A DNA stretch of 64,000 nucleotides, taken from the IMG/VR virus record IMGVR_UViG_3300037258_001099, positions 64,001-128,000 of that record. One strand, written 5' to 3'. This stretch comes from a virus. Positions within the stretch are counted from its first letter, which is position 1, and the number at the start of each line of letters is the position of its first letter. The position numbers and the translations under genes were made by a program. Below, piece by piece: positions 46,529 to 56,445 of this stretch. The notes under the pieces were generated by a model that searched no databases, was not told the DNA's origin, and saw only the letters and a list, made by a program, of their open reading frames with translations.

Positions 46529-46819
46529 CTAAATGGCAACAGGTGTCGCTACGATCAAATCTACACGCACTTGATCTTCTTGCTCCCACCGCTCAACCGG
46601 ATAATGGGAGATGTCGTCGTTCTCGAATACGTAGCTGTACCAGCCAGGCTCGATCTCTTCCCTTTCGCAGTCCCCATATTTATTTTTTAGGAATTCGTTG
46701 ATCTCCTCTATTTTGTGGAATATATGGGTACTATAGTCCATGTGGTTAAAGGGCTCTTCTGAGCCGATGTCCCTTTGAGATTTAGCGATACTTACCTCAA
46801 AGTATGTTCTGCTCTCCAT
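46529..46819 (-). CDS. Hypothetical acidic protein
   Basis: AAGGAG RBS. Confidence 0.55.
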   Translation of the reverse strand: MESRTYFEVSIAKSQRDIGSEEPFNHMDYSTHIFHKIEEINEFLKNKYGDCEREEIEPGWYSYVFENDDISHYPVERWEQEDQVRVDLIVATPVAI

Positions 46820-46820
46820 G

Positions 46821-47180
46821 CTATGCTACTCCTTCAAAAACAATAGAACCGTCTTCAAGAAGCTTTTCAACTTCATCGTAAATCTGGTAGTCTGGAAACC
46901 AATAGACTCTTCCAATAGTTTCTGCTTCTCCGTGATCGTCATACGTTGCCTCATCTGAGAGGACAGGGCAGTAATCACTAATAAGCGCGGCAATCTCTTC
47001 TGGATGAATCAAATCCCAGCCATTGGCAAGCTGAAATTCAATCACGTCACAGAACTTATGAAAGATCCCTATATCCTCTCTGCGCTGAATCTCTTCAACT
47101 TCTTCTCTTCCCTCGGGTAAGAGCTCTATCCTAAGATTGCCGCTGGGGAGTTTCTTGAACTCGACGAGTCTTTCTGTCAT
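46821..47180 (-). CDS. Hypothetical acidic protein
   Basis: GAAGGA RBS. Confidence 0.6.
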   Translation of the reverse strand: MTERLVEFKKLPSGNLRIELLPEGREEVEEIQRREDIGIFHKFCDVIEFQLANGWDLIHPEEIAALISDYCPVLSDEATYDDHGEAETIGRVYWFPDYQIYDEVEKLLEDGSIVFEGVA

Positions 47181-47296
47181 GGACTTGTCCTTCCTGCTAT
47201 ACTAGAGACCTGTGAGAGAGTGCCAGCTATTTGTTCCTTCACTAACTGAGAATAGTTTTAGCTGTACTGCATATCGCTCTCTCACAAGGCCTTCTC

Positions 47297-47503
47297 CTAA
47301 CCTCTAAGTGCCTCATTAAATTTTTCGAAGTCCGCAATCTCCTCTTTAAGCGCCTTAATGTGATTTACAGCAGATTGGTGCCTCCTTTTTGCTTCTACCA
47401 CCCATGGTGCGCTATCTGTCAGCTCTTCCAGCTCTGCATAGACACCTGAAAGTGCAAGCAAAGTATCCTCTAGGTGAAGCTCTGCCTTGGCAAACTCTTT
47501 CAT
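47297..47503 (-). CDS. Hypothetical protein
   Basis: AAGGAG RBS; extended -10 TGGTATAAT upstream at 47547-47555. Confidence 0.6.
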   Translation of the reverse strand: MKEFAKAELHLEDTLLALSGVYAELEELTDSAPWVVEAKRRHQSAVNHIKALKEEIADFEKFNEALRG

Positions 47504-47698
47504 AAAAATCTCCTTCTTTGTTGTAATAACAATCTAACTTAGCATTATTATACCACTAAACGCGGGAGGATGTGTCTCTCTCCTCCTCTTCTACCATCCT
47601 GGTCAAATAATCGACTTTTCCTTAAATCGCTGGGGAATAGACGGCCCTCTTGGGAAATAATTGATTCTTTGTTGGTGGATTAATAATCTCTCTTTGGA

Positions 47699-47727
47699 TT
47701 GACATGCATGTTAAAATACGGTATACT
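47699..47727 (+). promoter_or_regulatory. Sigma70-type promoter
   Basis: TTGACA-17 bp-TATACT. Confidence 0.8.
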
Positions 47728-47749
47728 ATAGACAAGAAAGGGAAGAAGT

Positions 47750-47908
47750 ATGAATAAGAAAAATGTTACCTATCGGCTTGATGAAGACGACAAGAAGCTC
47801 ATTGTTTCACTTGCTAAACACTTTGGCATCAGTGAAACAGATGTTGTGAGAATGCTCGTCAGGAAGTCTGCAAGGGAAGAAGGAGTTAAGGCCAGCAACA
47901 CTGAGTAA
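47750..47908 (+). CDS. CopG/RHH-family small DNA-binding protein (52 aa, not in ORF track)
   Basis: MNKKNVTYRLDEDDKKLIVSLAKHFGISETDVVRMLVR; promoter and RBS upstream. Confidence 0.75.
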   Translation: MNKKNVTYRLDEDDKKLIVSLAKHFGISETDVVRMLVRKSAREEGVKASNTE

Positions 47909-48118
47909 GAGGAATTTGTATGAGCTCTTCTGTGACGAAGCATGCAACTAAACCACAGAAGAGCGAACCCTCGTAGAGCGAACTACTGCAAAGTCTAGAT
48001 AAATCATATCTCATGGCTTTGCAGTTAGCAATATGTCAAGCCATTAGGAATCCTAGTGGTTTGATAGCAACTTCAGTTGTCCGGCAAAATCGGACAACTG
48101 AAAAGGAAGGAAAGCAGC

Positions 48119-48973
48119 ATGACTAAAGATAGTCAGATCGTTCACTTTGAAGACAACAGCGATATCCGCCGCACATGGCATAGCAACGAATGGTACTACA
48201 GCATCGTAGATATTGTCTCAGTACTTGCCGACAACAAACGACCACGTAAATACTGGAGCGACCTTAAAGTAAAACTTACCGAAGAGGGGTACTTTGAAAC
48301 GTCCGAAAAAATCGGACAGTTGAAAATGAAAGCACCAGACGGCAAGATGCGAGAAACAGATGTCGTAGACCGAAAGACAGTTCTTAGAATTATCCAGTCT
48401 ATCCCAAGTCCAAAGGCTGAACCTTTCAAGCTTTGGCTTGCTCAACTTGGAGAAGAACGGCTTGAAGAAATAGAAAATCCAGAGCTTGGAATGAAACGAT
48501 CACGTGATCGCGCAAAAGCAAGCTGGAAATCGCAAGGCCATGATGAGTCATGGATTAAGTCAAGAACGGATGGCATAGATGTACGAAATCGGCTTACTGA
48601 TGGCTGGGATGCCCGTGGAGCAGAAGATGGTCTTCAGTTTGCCATTTTAACAAATACTATTCATGAGAAAGAATTCGATCTTTCGACCCAGGGACATAAA
48701 AAGTACAAGAATCTTCCTGCCAATGTAAGCCTTCGAGACAATATGACTCCTATGGAACTTGCGCTAACTACCCTGAGTGAGACAGCGGCTCTTCAAATGC
48801 ACGAAGATAGGGATAGCCAGGGATTTGATGAGCTCAAGAGAGATGCTACTGATGCTGGTCAAGCCGGAAGAAAGGCTCGACTAGCCTTTGAGGAGGCAAT
48901 GGGATCACCAATTGTTAGTTCAGAAAAGTACCCAAACCAAGGTGGTCAGCAAAAGAAGAAAGGAAGGGGATAA
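48119..48973 (+). CDS. BRO-N domain protein (antirepressor-like)
   Basis: IRRTW...WYYSIVDIV...PRKYWSDLK, IIQSIPSPKAEPFKLWLA, LRDNMT. Confidence 0.85.
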   Translation: MTKDSQIVHFEDNSDIRRTWHSNEWYYSIVDIVSVLADNKRPRKYWSDLKVKLTEEGYFETSEKIGQLKMKAPDGKMRETDVVDRKTVLRIIQSIPSPKAEPFKLWLAQLGEERLEEIENPELGMKRSRDRAKASWKSQGHDESWIKSRTDGIDVRNRLTDGWDARGAEDGLQFAILTNTIHEKEFDLSTQGHKKYKNLPANVSLRDNMTPMELALTTLSETAALQMHEDRDSQGFDELKRDATDAGQAGRKARLAFEEAMGSPIVSSEKYPNQGGQQKKKGRG

Positions 48974-49232
48974 ATTTGAAGATGCCATAGCCATAACCAC
49001 TTGTGAAGTTAGCGGCCAAGATCCTTCTCAACATTGGCTTACCCGTGCTGGTAAGCCAATAATTAGTAGTAAAGGACATGTTCAATAGTTAAAATATTAC
49101 TGCATGAAACGTTATACTTGTTATCATAGAGCAAGCAAAAGTAGTTAGTAAAAAGAGTGGGCAATCCATATCAGATCATGTTAACCTCCAAGTTAACATG
49201 ATATCCACGGGGACAAAGAAAGGAAACACACG

Positions 49233-49817
49233 ATGGCAGCAAATTTTCAAGAGAATGACCCACATGGCCTTCCAATGTCTGAGAGAGACTACGAGCGGCT
49301 TGTAGACGCAGAGGATATCCCGCACTATGAATTAATAGACGGTGTTGTCTACGATATGACAGGATCAAGCGAAGAGCATGGTCACATAACAAATACCATC
49401 TCGACACTTATTAGCTCTCACATTGGACGGAGAGGATCTTGTCGAGTCTATCAGGACCAATACGTTAAGGTTCCTGGCAGACCATCTTCTGTTCCAGATG
49501 TAGTTGTCACTTGCAATAGCGATGATTGGAATAAAGAGAAAAAGCTGAAACCGTTCAAGATTCAGTATCCCCGCATCATTGTCGAAGTGCTTTCTCCCAG
49601 TACAAAAAACTTTGACCGCACAGAGAAGTTTGAGCGGTACAGATGCTGCCCTTCTCTTGAGGTTTACATCCTCGTAAGTCAGGATGAGACAATTATAGAC
49701 GTGTACCGAAAGATAAATGGGTGGAAGAAGGAACGATTTATTGAGGGCCAGATAATCACGCTAGACCAAATTGGGATGGATCTCTCCGTTGACGAGAGCT
49801 ATGAGGGAGTTTTCTAG
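49233..49817 (+). CDS. Uma2-family PD-(D/E)XK endonuclease
   Basis: YELIDG, PDVVV, IVEVLSPST...DR.EK...Y. Confidence 0.9.
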   Translation: MAANFQENDPHGLPMSERDYERLVDAEDIPHYELIDGVVYDMTGSSEEHGHITNTISTLISSHIGRRGSCRVYQDQYVKVPGRPSSVPDVVVTCNSDDWNKEKKLKPFKIQYPRIIVEVLSPSTKNFDRTEKFERYRCCPSLEVYILVSQDETIIDVYRKINGWKKERFIEGQIITLDQIGMDLSVDESYEGVF

Positions 49818-49831
49818 TATCTCAAGGATCT

Positions 49832-49870
49832 AAGATACCTCCCAGCCATAAGAAGTTGGGAGGTATTCTT
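49832..49870. terminator. Terminator hairpin between convergent genes
   Basis: ATACCTCCCA...TGGGAGGTAT stem. Confidence 0.65.
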
Positions 49871-49962
49871 ATCGCTACAGGTTCATTTTATGCATCTCCA
49901 TAAGCTTCTGATGGCCCGCCGCGTCTTGGCGGTACGGTGTCTCCCACCCGCATTCTTGACAT

Positions 49963-50160
49963 TTATAAGTGTTTCGTGGCAATGCACTTAATACAAGAAC
50001 AATAAACAAGACAACAACTACTAGACCTATGATAGCCATATCGTTCCTCTGTTGTACAAGATACGTTAAAGTATGTTACTTTAACAATATGCTGAACGGG
50101 CAGAAGAATTACTAGTAACAGAACAAAGAAAATGGCCCATGAGACAAACCCATGGGCCAT
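49963..50160 (-). CDS. Small membrane protein
   Basis: N-terminal TM; Cys-rich tail. Confidence 0.35.
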   Translation of the reverse strand: MAHGFVSWAIFFVLLLVILLPVQHIVKVTYFNVSCTTEERYGYHRSSSCCLVYCSCIKCIATKHL

Positions 50161-50163
50161 AGC

Positions 50164-50550
50164 TTACTCTGAATCAAAATCTCCTAGCTGATCATCTCTC
50201 CACCCTTCTTCCTCCAGAAGACTGGCTATCTCCGATTTCTCTACTGGTGTCTCCTCTGTTGGACTATCCATTTCAGCCCACGGTGGAAGCGGAGTCTCTA
50301 CCCAAAGCTCGTCATCGTGCTTGTTTTTTCCTGACGGTGTGCTCTTTGGAAGAGATCCACGCAGCTTAATGAAAAATTTGTACGGGATGTGCATTTTCAG
50401 CTCCCGTATCTCTGCCAACCTCTTCTTTGCCTCTACCTTTGGGAGACCGCAGGACTCATATTGGTAGCTCTGTGGAACCCCAAGAGATGGTACAGGGCTC
50501 CTGTAAAAGTGAATATCATAGAGCATTGGAACCCTATCCACATTGTCCAT
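50164..50550 (-). CDS. Hypothetical protein
   Basis: 128-aa ORF in leftward cluster. Confidence 0.55.
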   Translation of the reverse strand: MDNVDRVPMLYDIHFYRSPVPSLGVPQSYQYESCGLPKVEAKKRLAEIRELKMHIPYKFFIKLRGSLPKSTPSGKNKHDDELWVETPLPPWAEMDSPTEETPVEKSEIASLLEEEGWRDDQLGDFDSE

Positions 50551-50609
50551 GTCATCGCGTGCCGCCTTTCTTTCTTTTGTCTATTTATACGATCAAGATG
50601 GGGAGGAAG

Positions 50610-50831
50610 TTATTCATCTACGCATGCTTGTTCGACTGCATCCCAGTCCACATAATCTAGGCTCGATTTTTCTTGATCAAGGCTCGCGTAGAGCCCTGGA
50701 GGAGCATTGCCTTCACGCACAAATGCTTCAATAGTATCTGCATCCTCTCCAAGTGCCTCTGTGTAGCAGTACTCATCATTGATGAGCCAGGCGATAACCT
50801 CTTGTGTCTCCCAATTTTCTTCGTTTTCCAT
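50610..50831 (-). CDS. Hypothetical acidic protein (NWET...VDW type)
   Basis: ATG 50831 after AAAGGGGAAA. Confidence 0.55.
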   Translation of the reverse strand: MENEENWETQEVIAWLINDEYCYTEALGEDADTIEAFVREGNAPPGLYASLDQEKSSLDYVDWDAVEQACVDE

Positions 50832-51008
50832 CTTAGCTTTCCCCTTTCTTTTCTTCCTGAGCAACCGCCTTGACTCCTTCACACTGTGACGGAACCCTGC
50901 ACTCGCAAAGGTATCTGCTTCCACCACCAACATAGCGAGCGGTTGGGCATTTTCTGTAGTGCTCATTGAAAAGGGGGTACTCTTTATACTCCTGGCTTTT
51001 TTTTCTTG

Positions 51009-51383
51009 TCACTGTTCACTCCTTACAAATGCTTCAAGTCTTCTGCGGAAAGACTCGCAGTACTCTGTGGTCCTTTTGCGGTACTCCAGGTTAAGCTGAT
51101 TAAACTTTCCTCTGTTCTGAGGGGTATGTGTGGTAATATCGTGGTACTCTGCAACATTCATCTGGTAGCGCTCAGCAACGATCCGGAGGTAGTCGTCGTC
51201 TTGAAGGTAATAGTGATATCTCGGATCAGCGGCCTTGAGGTATACTTTGCATTCAAAAACGAGCTCTCCACGTCTCAAATGAACAGTGATTGGCACTGGC
51301 TCACTAATATGTCCTCTCCGTTCTGGGTGGTGTTGATAGCTATCAACACCAATCCCAGCAGCCTTTAGCTGTTCAATATCCAT
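51009..51383 (-). CDS. Hypothetical protein
   Basis: GGAGG RBS. Confidence 0.6.
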   Translation of the reverse strand: MDIEQLKAAGIGVDSYQHHPERRGHISEPVPITVHLRRGELVFECKVYLKAADPRYHYYLQDDDYLRIVAERYQMNVAEYHDITTHTPQNRGKFNQLNLEYRKRTTEYCESFRRRLEAFVRSEQ

Positions 51384-51797
51384 CTAGTCTGCCTCCAGGA
51401 ACCGATCATAGTCCTTGCCAAGGAATGCTCGTATGTTACGAGAGATCTCCATCTCATCTTTGTACTGCCGCTCTCTCTTACGGCTATCTGAGTCATAATC
51501 AGATTCTCTACACCACTCCTCGAAGCTTATATCCTCATCAATAACGTTTCTAATATGCGTGGAAAGGATCTCGTCTGCGGTTGGGTCCTCTGCCACCTTA
51601 CTTCCCACGTACCAGTAGAGGGCAAGATCACGTCCCTGGAAGTGATATGTGGCAGTCCAGCCAACAGCATCAGCGGAAACAAGCTCGCTTACCGGAGCAG
51701 TAAAAGATTCAAGTTCTACGCTAAAGTTAAGCTCTCGCATGAGCTCCAGTGTTGTAGGATTTGAGGGATAGAGCCCTCCCTCTTGATAGTTTGCCAT
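51384..51797 (-). CDS. Hypothetical protein
   Basis: PTADEIL...SFEEWCRESDYDSDSRK motif; AGAAAGGAAAA RBS. Confidence 0.65.
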   Translation of the reverse strand: MANYQEGGLYPSNPTTLELMRELNFSVELESFTAPVSELVSADAVGWTATYHFQGRDLALYWYVGSKVAEDPTADEILSTHIRNVIDEDISFEEWCRESDYDSDSRKRERQYKDEMEISRNIRAFLGKDYDRFLEAD

Positions 51798-51814
51798 AGT
51801 GTATTTTCCTTTCT

Positions 51815-52537
51815 TTATACTAGAGGATGACTTGAACGCTCCCACCAGTCAGGTTTCACCATAGTTGGGGAATGCACAATCATCTCAAGGTTGGGGCGGT
51901 ACTCTGGATAGATCTTACGAATGGCACGAACAGCTTCGTGATTTTCAGGCACAGCTACGCTCCGCTTAGATTCAATAAACTGTATCCACTGATCTTCAAC
52001 ATCAGTGTAATAGCGCTCTCTGAACCGAAAATTCCAGATGATTGTATCCCCTTCTATGCTCGGTCCCCAAAGGACTTTTTGCTCCTTGCGCTGCTCACTT
52101 GATAGAGACTTGTTAACTGCTATATTGTTGAGGCGGTAGTAAGGAATAGGCCAGATGAGCATATCATTCTTCTCCTCTGGATCATGATAGCAAGACATTA
52201 GGTGTCTGTAACGCTCATGTTCCCAGGAATCGAAGCGGCTGCTCTTCATCGAAACAGGAATGTAGATTGAGGAAAAGTCGAGATAGCCTCTTTCGTCTCG
52301 GAGATCGTCAATGACACGATACTCACCATCTCTCTCAGGGTCAGCAATTACCCCGTCTGGGCCGCTACGAGGAGTATCTCCGCGTGAAGTAAAGACACTC
52401 TGGATAAAGTACGAAGGATACCCTGGAGCATCACCGTGGCATCCACTCCCTAGATTATCAGAGAGATGATGTCCTGGACGTAGACGATAGAGTGGAAGCT
52501 TCCTCAGCTCCTCAAGGTTGATGGTTGAATAATCCAT
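51815..52537 (-). CDS. Hypothetical protein
   Basis: 240-aa ORF, AGAAAGGAAAA RBS. Confidence 0.65.
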   Translation of the reverse strand: MDYSTINLEELRKLPLYRLRPGHHLSDNLGSGCHGDAPGYPSYFIQSVFTSRGDTPRSGPDGVIADPERDGEYRVIDDLRDERGYLDFSSIYIPVSMKSSRFDSWEHERYRHLMSCYHDPEEKNDMLIWPIPYYRLNNIAVNKSLSSEQRKEQKVLWGPSIEGDTIIWNFRFRERYYTDVEDQWIQFIESKRSVAVPENHEAVRAIRKIYPEYRPNLEMIVHSPTMVKPDWWERSSHPLV

Positions 52538-52558
52538 GGATGTGTTTTCCTTTCTATA

Positions 52559-53077
52559 CTACTTTAGCTTGTTGGTTAACTGTTCCCAGTCAACTGACTC
52601 AATAACGATAGCAAAGTACTTCTTTACTAGAAGAGAGAGCGGAGAAGTGGCATGAGACCTTGCATCTGCCGACTCTACCCAGGTAATGATGCTATCCCTC
52701 ACCCAGATCTTGAGAGCTTCATCCTCGCGCTGTTCTCGGCCAGCAATAATGTTCTGCCAGAGTCCAACCTCCAGATAGGCAATGGTAGCCTCGTCGAGAT
52801 TGGAGAGCTCTTTATAGAGTATCTTGCCTTCAAGTGCGAGCATCACAAGCGGCCACTCCACAAACTGTATAGCAAGAGTGAGAAGATCCTGCATCAGCAA
52901 CTCACGGAAATGGTCCTTATAGATGATGCTGAAGAAGCCCTTGAGCTTGAGGGTGAGCCACTCTTGCACCCCTTGCTTTACAAAAACCTCTTGGAGATTG
53001 TTGTCCGTGATATGGGTGTATGCCGCCCATGTGGCGTAGTTGCTCCACCCGTTATATTCGGGAAACTCGATGTCCAT
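52559..53077 (-). CDS. Hypothetical protein (YNGWSNYATW type)
   Basis: RBS; internal duplication ending V(E/D)W. Confidence 0.6.
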   Translation of the reverse strand: MDIEFPEYNGWSNYATWAAYTHITDNNLQEVFVKQGVQEWLTLKLKGFFSIIYKDHFRELLMQDLLTLAIQFVEWPLVMLALEGKILYKELSNLDEATIAYLEVGLWQNIIAGREQREDEALKIWVRDSIITWVESADARSHATSPLSLLVKKYFAIVIESVDWEQLTNKLK

Positions 53078-53090
53078 GTGTTTTCCTTTC

Positions 53091-53408
53091 CTAGTCCTCG
53101 TAGACAATTGCTTCAATGCGTTTAAGCTTCTCATAGCTAAGCCCATCAAGACCTCCAGAGCTCAGAGATTCTCGTATGCTCTCTGCTTCTACTTCCTTCC
53201 TTGTCTCTTCTGTAATCTCTGTAAGCGAGTAGTTGCCTTCAGCGTAATGAGTCTTGTTCTTTGGGCTGCCATCTAAATGAAAGATGGTTCCTCCTGCTGT
53301 GATATAGAACTTATCTACCGTTGTTGCTTCTACAATGTGATGAGGACTGCCTTCATAGCAAAGAACAAGCTTGTCTCCTTCATGGACAACTGTTTCTGGT
53401 TTAAGCAT
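53091..53408 (-). CDS. Hypothetical beta-barrel-like protein
   Basis: AGAAAGGAAAA RBS; similar style to 33763-34080. Confidence 0.55.
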   Translation of the reverse strand: MLKPETVVHEGDKLVLCYEGSPHHIVEATTVDKFYITAGGTIFHLDGSPKNKTHYAEGNYSLTEITEETRKEVEAESIRESLSSGGLDGLSYEKLKRIEAIVYED

Positions 53409-53430
53409 GTACTGTTTTCCTTTCTCCAAT

Positions 53431-53465
53431 AAAAACGAGGGAGGAATCCCTTCGACTCCTCCCTC
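53431..53465 (-). terminator. Intrinsic terminator
   Basis: GAGGGAGGA...TCCTCCCTC stem plus T5 on the minus strand. Confidence 0.7.
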
Positions 53466-53489
53466 TCCTGCATCGCAATCGACTTTTCC

Positions 53490-53717
53490 TTACAATGTTT
53501 GTGTTTGGCTAATCTCTGGGGACATTATAACGCCTTCTTCCGCCCAATCAAGACCCTGATAGTACTCAGTGCGCAGATCGTTTGATCGCTGCTCCACTTG
53601 CTCCTCGGGAACATCACGGATATTGCCGACAATCTGGTAGGGACAGCCCTCCTGGTAGATAGCACAGGCCATCGTGTAGTACCCCCAGCCTTGTGGAATG
53701 ATGACAACTCTTCTCAT
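53490..53717 (-). CDS. Hypothetical protein
   Basis: RBS and upstream extended -10. Confidence 0.5.
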   Translation of the reverse strand: MRRVVIIPQGWGYYTMACAIYQEGCPYQIVGNIRDVPEEQVEQRSNDLRTEYYQGLDWAEEGVIMSPEISQTQTL

Positions 53718-53835
53718 CGCACACCCCTTCTCTCCTCTGAATTAAAGAGGACCACTCCAGTTACATAGAACATTGTAAACAAACAACGTTAGTGGAATGG
53801 TCCTTCTTTATTATATCATCATTGATGCTATAAGG

Positions 53836-54543
53836 TCAATCCGGCTCCCAGAAGGAGACATATTTGATGCCTGCGGGAGTCAGGTATTTGCATTTTGCAG
53901 AACTAGGCTCGACTACTCTGGCTCGGTAGTAGAGCGTTTGCCTGGACTCTTTGTCTAGACAGCTAAAGACTATGCGGTCCTGGAGCCGAAGTGTGAGTAG
54001 TCCTTCTTTATCCTGGCAAAGGATGCCCATACCAATGGCCTCAGCGATCCCTGTCCAGCCATACTTGAAATTGATAGCCTCGGATAACCTGGCTGCAATC
54101 TTTCGGCTCGGATCAGCAGGACTATAACCGTAGACAGTTTTGAGTTGTGCAGCATTGGAGACTCCACGCTCTAGCAGATAGAGCCGTGCCTGATCAGCGT
54201 GCCTTGTGTGCCAGAAAAGGGCACCATGCCACCAGGAGGTCATCTGGGTAAGTATTTGCTGCTGCAAGAGTGAGGCCTCTGTTATGAGGCGTTTTCCTGG
54301 GGCAATCGGCTCTCTTGGACGATAATCACTTGCGATATCTGCCGCCTCCCTATCATCTACCTGCTCAAAGTCAGCAATAAGATCTGTTACTGTTCCCTTC
54401 CACCCACACTTGCACTGTGCAACACTACCACAGACACGAAACTGTCCTGTTCCGCAAAAGAGGCAGGTATAATAGAGCGTCTCTCCCGCCTCTATAGCTG
54501 GCTTTCTACAGAGGCGAGAAAGATACTGCTCTATGCTCAACAT
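53836..54543 (-). CDS. DnaG primase-like protein lacking TOPRIM
   Basis: Zn-binding CLFC..CKCG..G...D; ARLYLLERGV, YGYSP, DRIVF, RAR, KYLT; ends before any TOPRIM EG/DxD. Confidence 0.65.
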   Translation of the reverse strand: MLSIEQYLSRLCRKPAIEAGETLYYTCLFCGTGQFRVCGSVAQCKCGWKGTVTDLIADFEQVDDREAADIASDYRPREPIAPGKRLITEASLLQQQILTQMTSWWHGALFWHTRHADQARLYLLERGVSNAAQLKTVYGYSPADPSRKIAARLSEAINFKYGWTGIAEAIGMGILCQDKEGLLTLRLQDRIVFSCLDKESRQTLYYRARVVEPSSAKCKYLTPAGIKYVSFWEPD

Positions 54544-54950
54544 GGGATCAGTTCTGCCACTGGCTCCGAATAAACATGGAGCCCCAAGAACTTATTTCCG
54601 TAGTCGCGCACTCGCTCAATCTGGTGTTCATCGTCATCGACCAAGAGAAAGATAACGTCCCTGCCTGCAAGCGCACAGTGGCGTCGTTCTATGTCTGCTA
54701 GGTCCACCTGACGAGTATCCAGGTAGGTGAGGAGCGCACTATAACGCTCCTCAATCTCCTGTGGCGTTTTCGGCTCGTTTGGGAGCGCATGCCCACCTCT
54801 GCCTGGCTGTCCACGCCTGGTTTCTCGCTTGGGTGTAATTTTGAGCAACCTTGCCTCTTCACGGCAAGAGTAGCAGTGGAGAGAAAATTTCTCTCTCGCT
54901 TTTTTATGCTGTTTCACTATGGTGTACCTTTTTTTTAACTCTATGTTCAC
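54537..54950 (-). CDS. Hypothetical protein
   Basis: CYSC motif; coupled to the primase-like gene. Confidence 0.5.
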   Translation of the reverse strand: MNIELKKRYTIVKQHKKAREKFSLHCYSCREEARLLKITPKRETRRGQPGRGGHALPNEPKTPQEIEERYSALLTYLDTRQVDLADIERRHCALAGRDVIFLLVDDDEHQIERVRDYGNKFLGLHVYSEPVAELIPC

Positions 54951-55287
54951 TATCCAATTGAAAGCTCCTCTTCTTCCAAAAAAAACAGTGGTTCTGTTTT
55001 ACTAACTCATCTTGTACAACCTCCAAAAAAGTTATTTTGCCTATTTTATCTTATCTACAAAATTTTTGTCAAAGATGGGAGAAAAATCCTATTCTCTCTA
55101 TCTTGTGTATCCCATCTAGCTTCATAGATGATATAGTACTATACTCACGTCTTTTTGGCATCTTGCGCTAGACGCTATAACCTATTGCTCCTATATTCGG
55201 TATAATGTTTTGGGCGGCTTGCCAGATGCCACTTCTGGCTCGCATTATCCGCGTAGCTATGGTGTACCGCACCAGCATTCACTCCTC

Positions 55288-56445
55288 TTAGTGGGATGCT
55301 GGTGTTTGCAAAAAGCAAGTTGGCCCTTTTCCAGGGAGAGCGCCGACCTGCGAAATGATTTGCGGAATGTGATTATATTTCTCCGAGGTGAGATACACCA
55401 ATTTTCCTGATGTTTTGTAGGGAAATCCATCTGGACCTATCTCATCAGAGAGCCTGGCTATGCGACCAGTAGCCTGGTGGTGCCCAATCGTGTACTTGCC
55501 AGCCATCCAGGAGTCCTTGGCGATGATCGCCCCCATAAGCCATGGTAAATCCACTCCTGTTACAAGCACACCGACATTGCAGAGAACCTTCACATCCTTT
55601 CCGTGGAGCGCCTCATAGATGCTTGCTCGGCGATCAGAGACAGTTTTACCAATCACCACAGCGCTTGCGATACCTTCCCCGCGAAAATGATTACGGAAGC
55701 GGTAGGCATCACGAATGTTGTTAGCAAAAAGCACCGTTCGCTCTTCTTCCAAGTGCTTGCTCCATGCCCACACTGCTTGCTCCATACGGTTTGCTGGCGT
55801 TGTCTGGACACGATAGGTCGCGTAAGGTAGGACATGACCCTCTTCTACCAATGTGTCTCTGCCGATTGAGTAGAAGAGACCGTCAGGGTATCTCGTGAGG
55901 AGCGATGTCTCATCAGATCTCCAGGGAGTAGCAGTAACCCCAAGTCGCAGCGCATAGGGAGCCTCTAGATCTGCCAGTATCTCCTCCAAAGTTCCCTGGA
56001 CACGCAGATGACACTCGTCGATCCATAGAAAGTTGAACTTGCGGAAACGCTGCGCTCGGAAGAGCTTCCTACGGGTAATAGGGTTCGCTAGAGTGTCGAT
56101 GGTTGCCACCACAATGGGGTGGTTGTACTCCCTATTCTCGGCCTGAACTAGCCCAACTTCGTGCTGTGGGAAGAAGCGACAGGCTTCTCTCGCATTCTTA
56201 ACGGCAAGATCAATCGTTGGCACTAAAAAAAGACCCGTAGTACTCGGGTCTCTTCTGCAAAGCTCATCATATACATTAAGGGCGACATGCGTTTTGCCAG
56301 CTCCGCAGCTCATTTCTACGACACCTTTCTCACGGTTGCCGTAGAAGTAAGATGAGAGAACTGTATCTACACAGTCCTGCTGGTAGGGACGCAGGTGGAA
56401 CGGCTCACATGCCGATGTGAGCCCTGGGAGCGCTGATTGAAACAT
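55288..56445 (-). CDS. SF2 DExH helicase
   Basis: LRPYQ, CGAGKT, LVPT, DECH, TAT, TGVD, QATGRIAR. Confidence 0.9.
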   Translation of the reverse strand: MFQSALPGLTSACEPFHLRPYQQDCVDTVLSSYFYGNREKGVVEMSCGAGKTHVALNVYDELCRRDPSTTGLFLVPTIDLAVKNAREACRFFPQHEVGLVQAENREYNHPIVVATIDTLANPITRRKLFRAQRFRKFNFLWIDECHLRVQGTLEEILADLEAPYALRLGVTATPWRSDETSLLTRYPDGLFYSIGRDTLVEEGHVLPYATYRVQTTPANRMEQAVWAWSKHLEEERTVLFANNIRDAYRFRNHFRGEGIASAVVIGKTVSDRRASIYEALHGKDVKVLCNVGVLVTGVDLPWLMGAIIAKDSWMAGKYTIGHHQATGRIARLSDEIGPDGFPYKTSGKLVYLTSEKYNHIPQIISQVGALPGKGPTCFLQTPASH

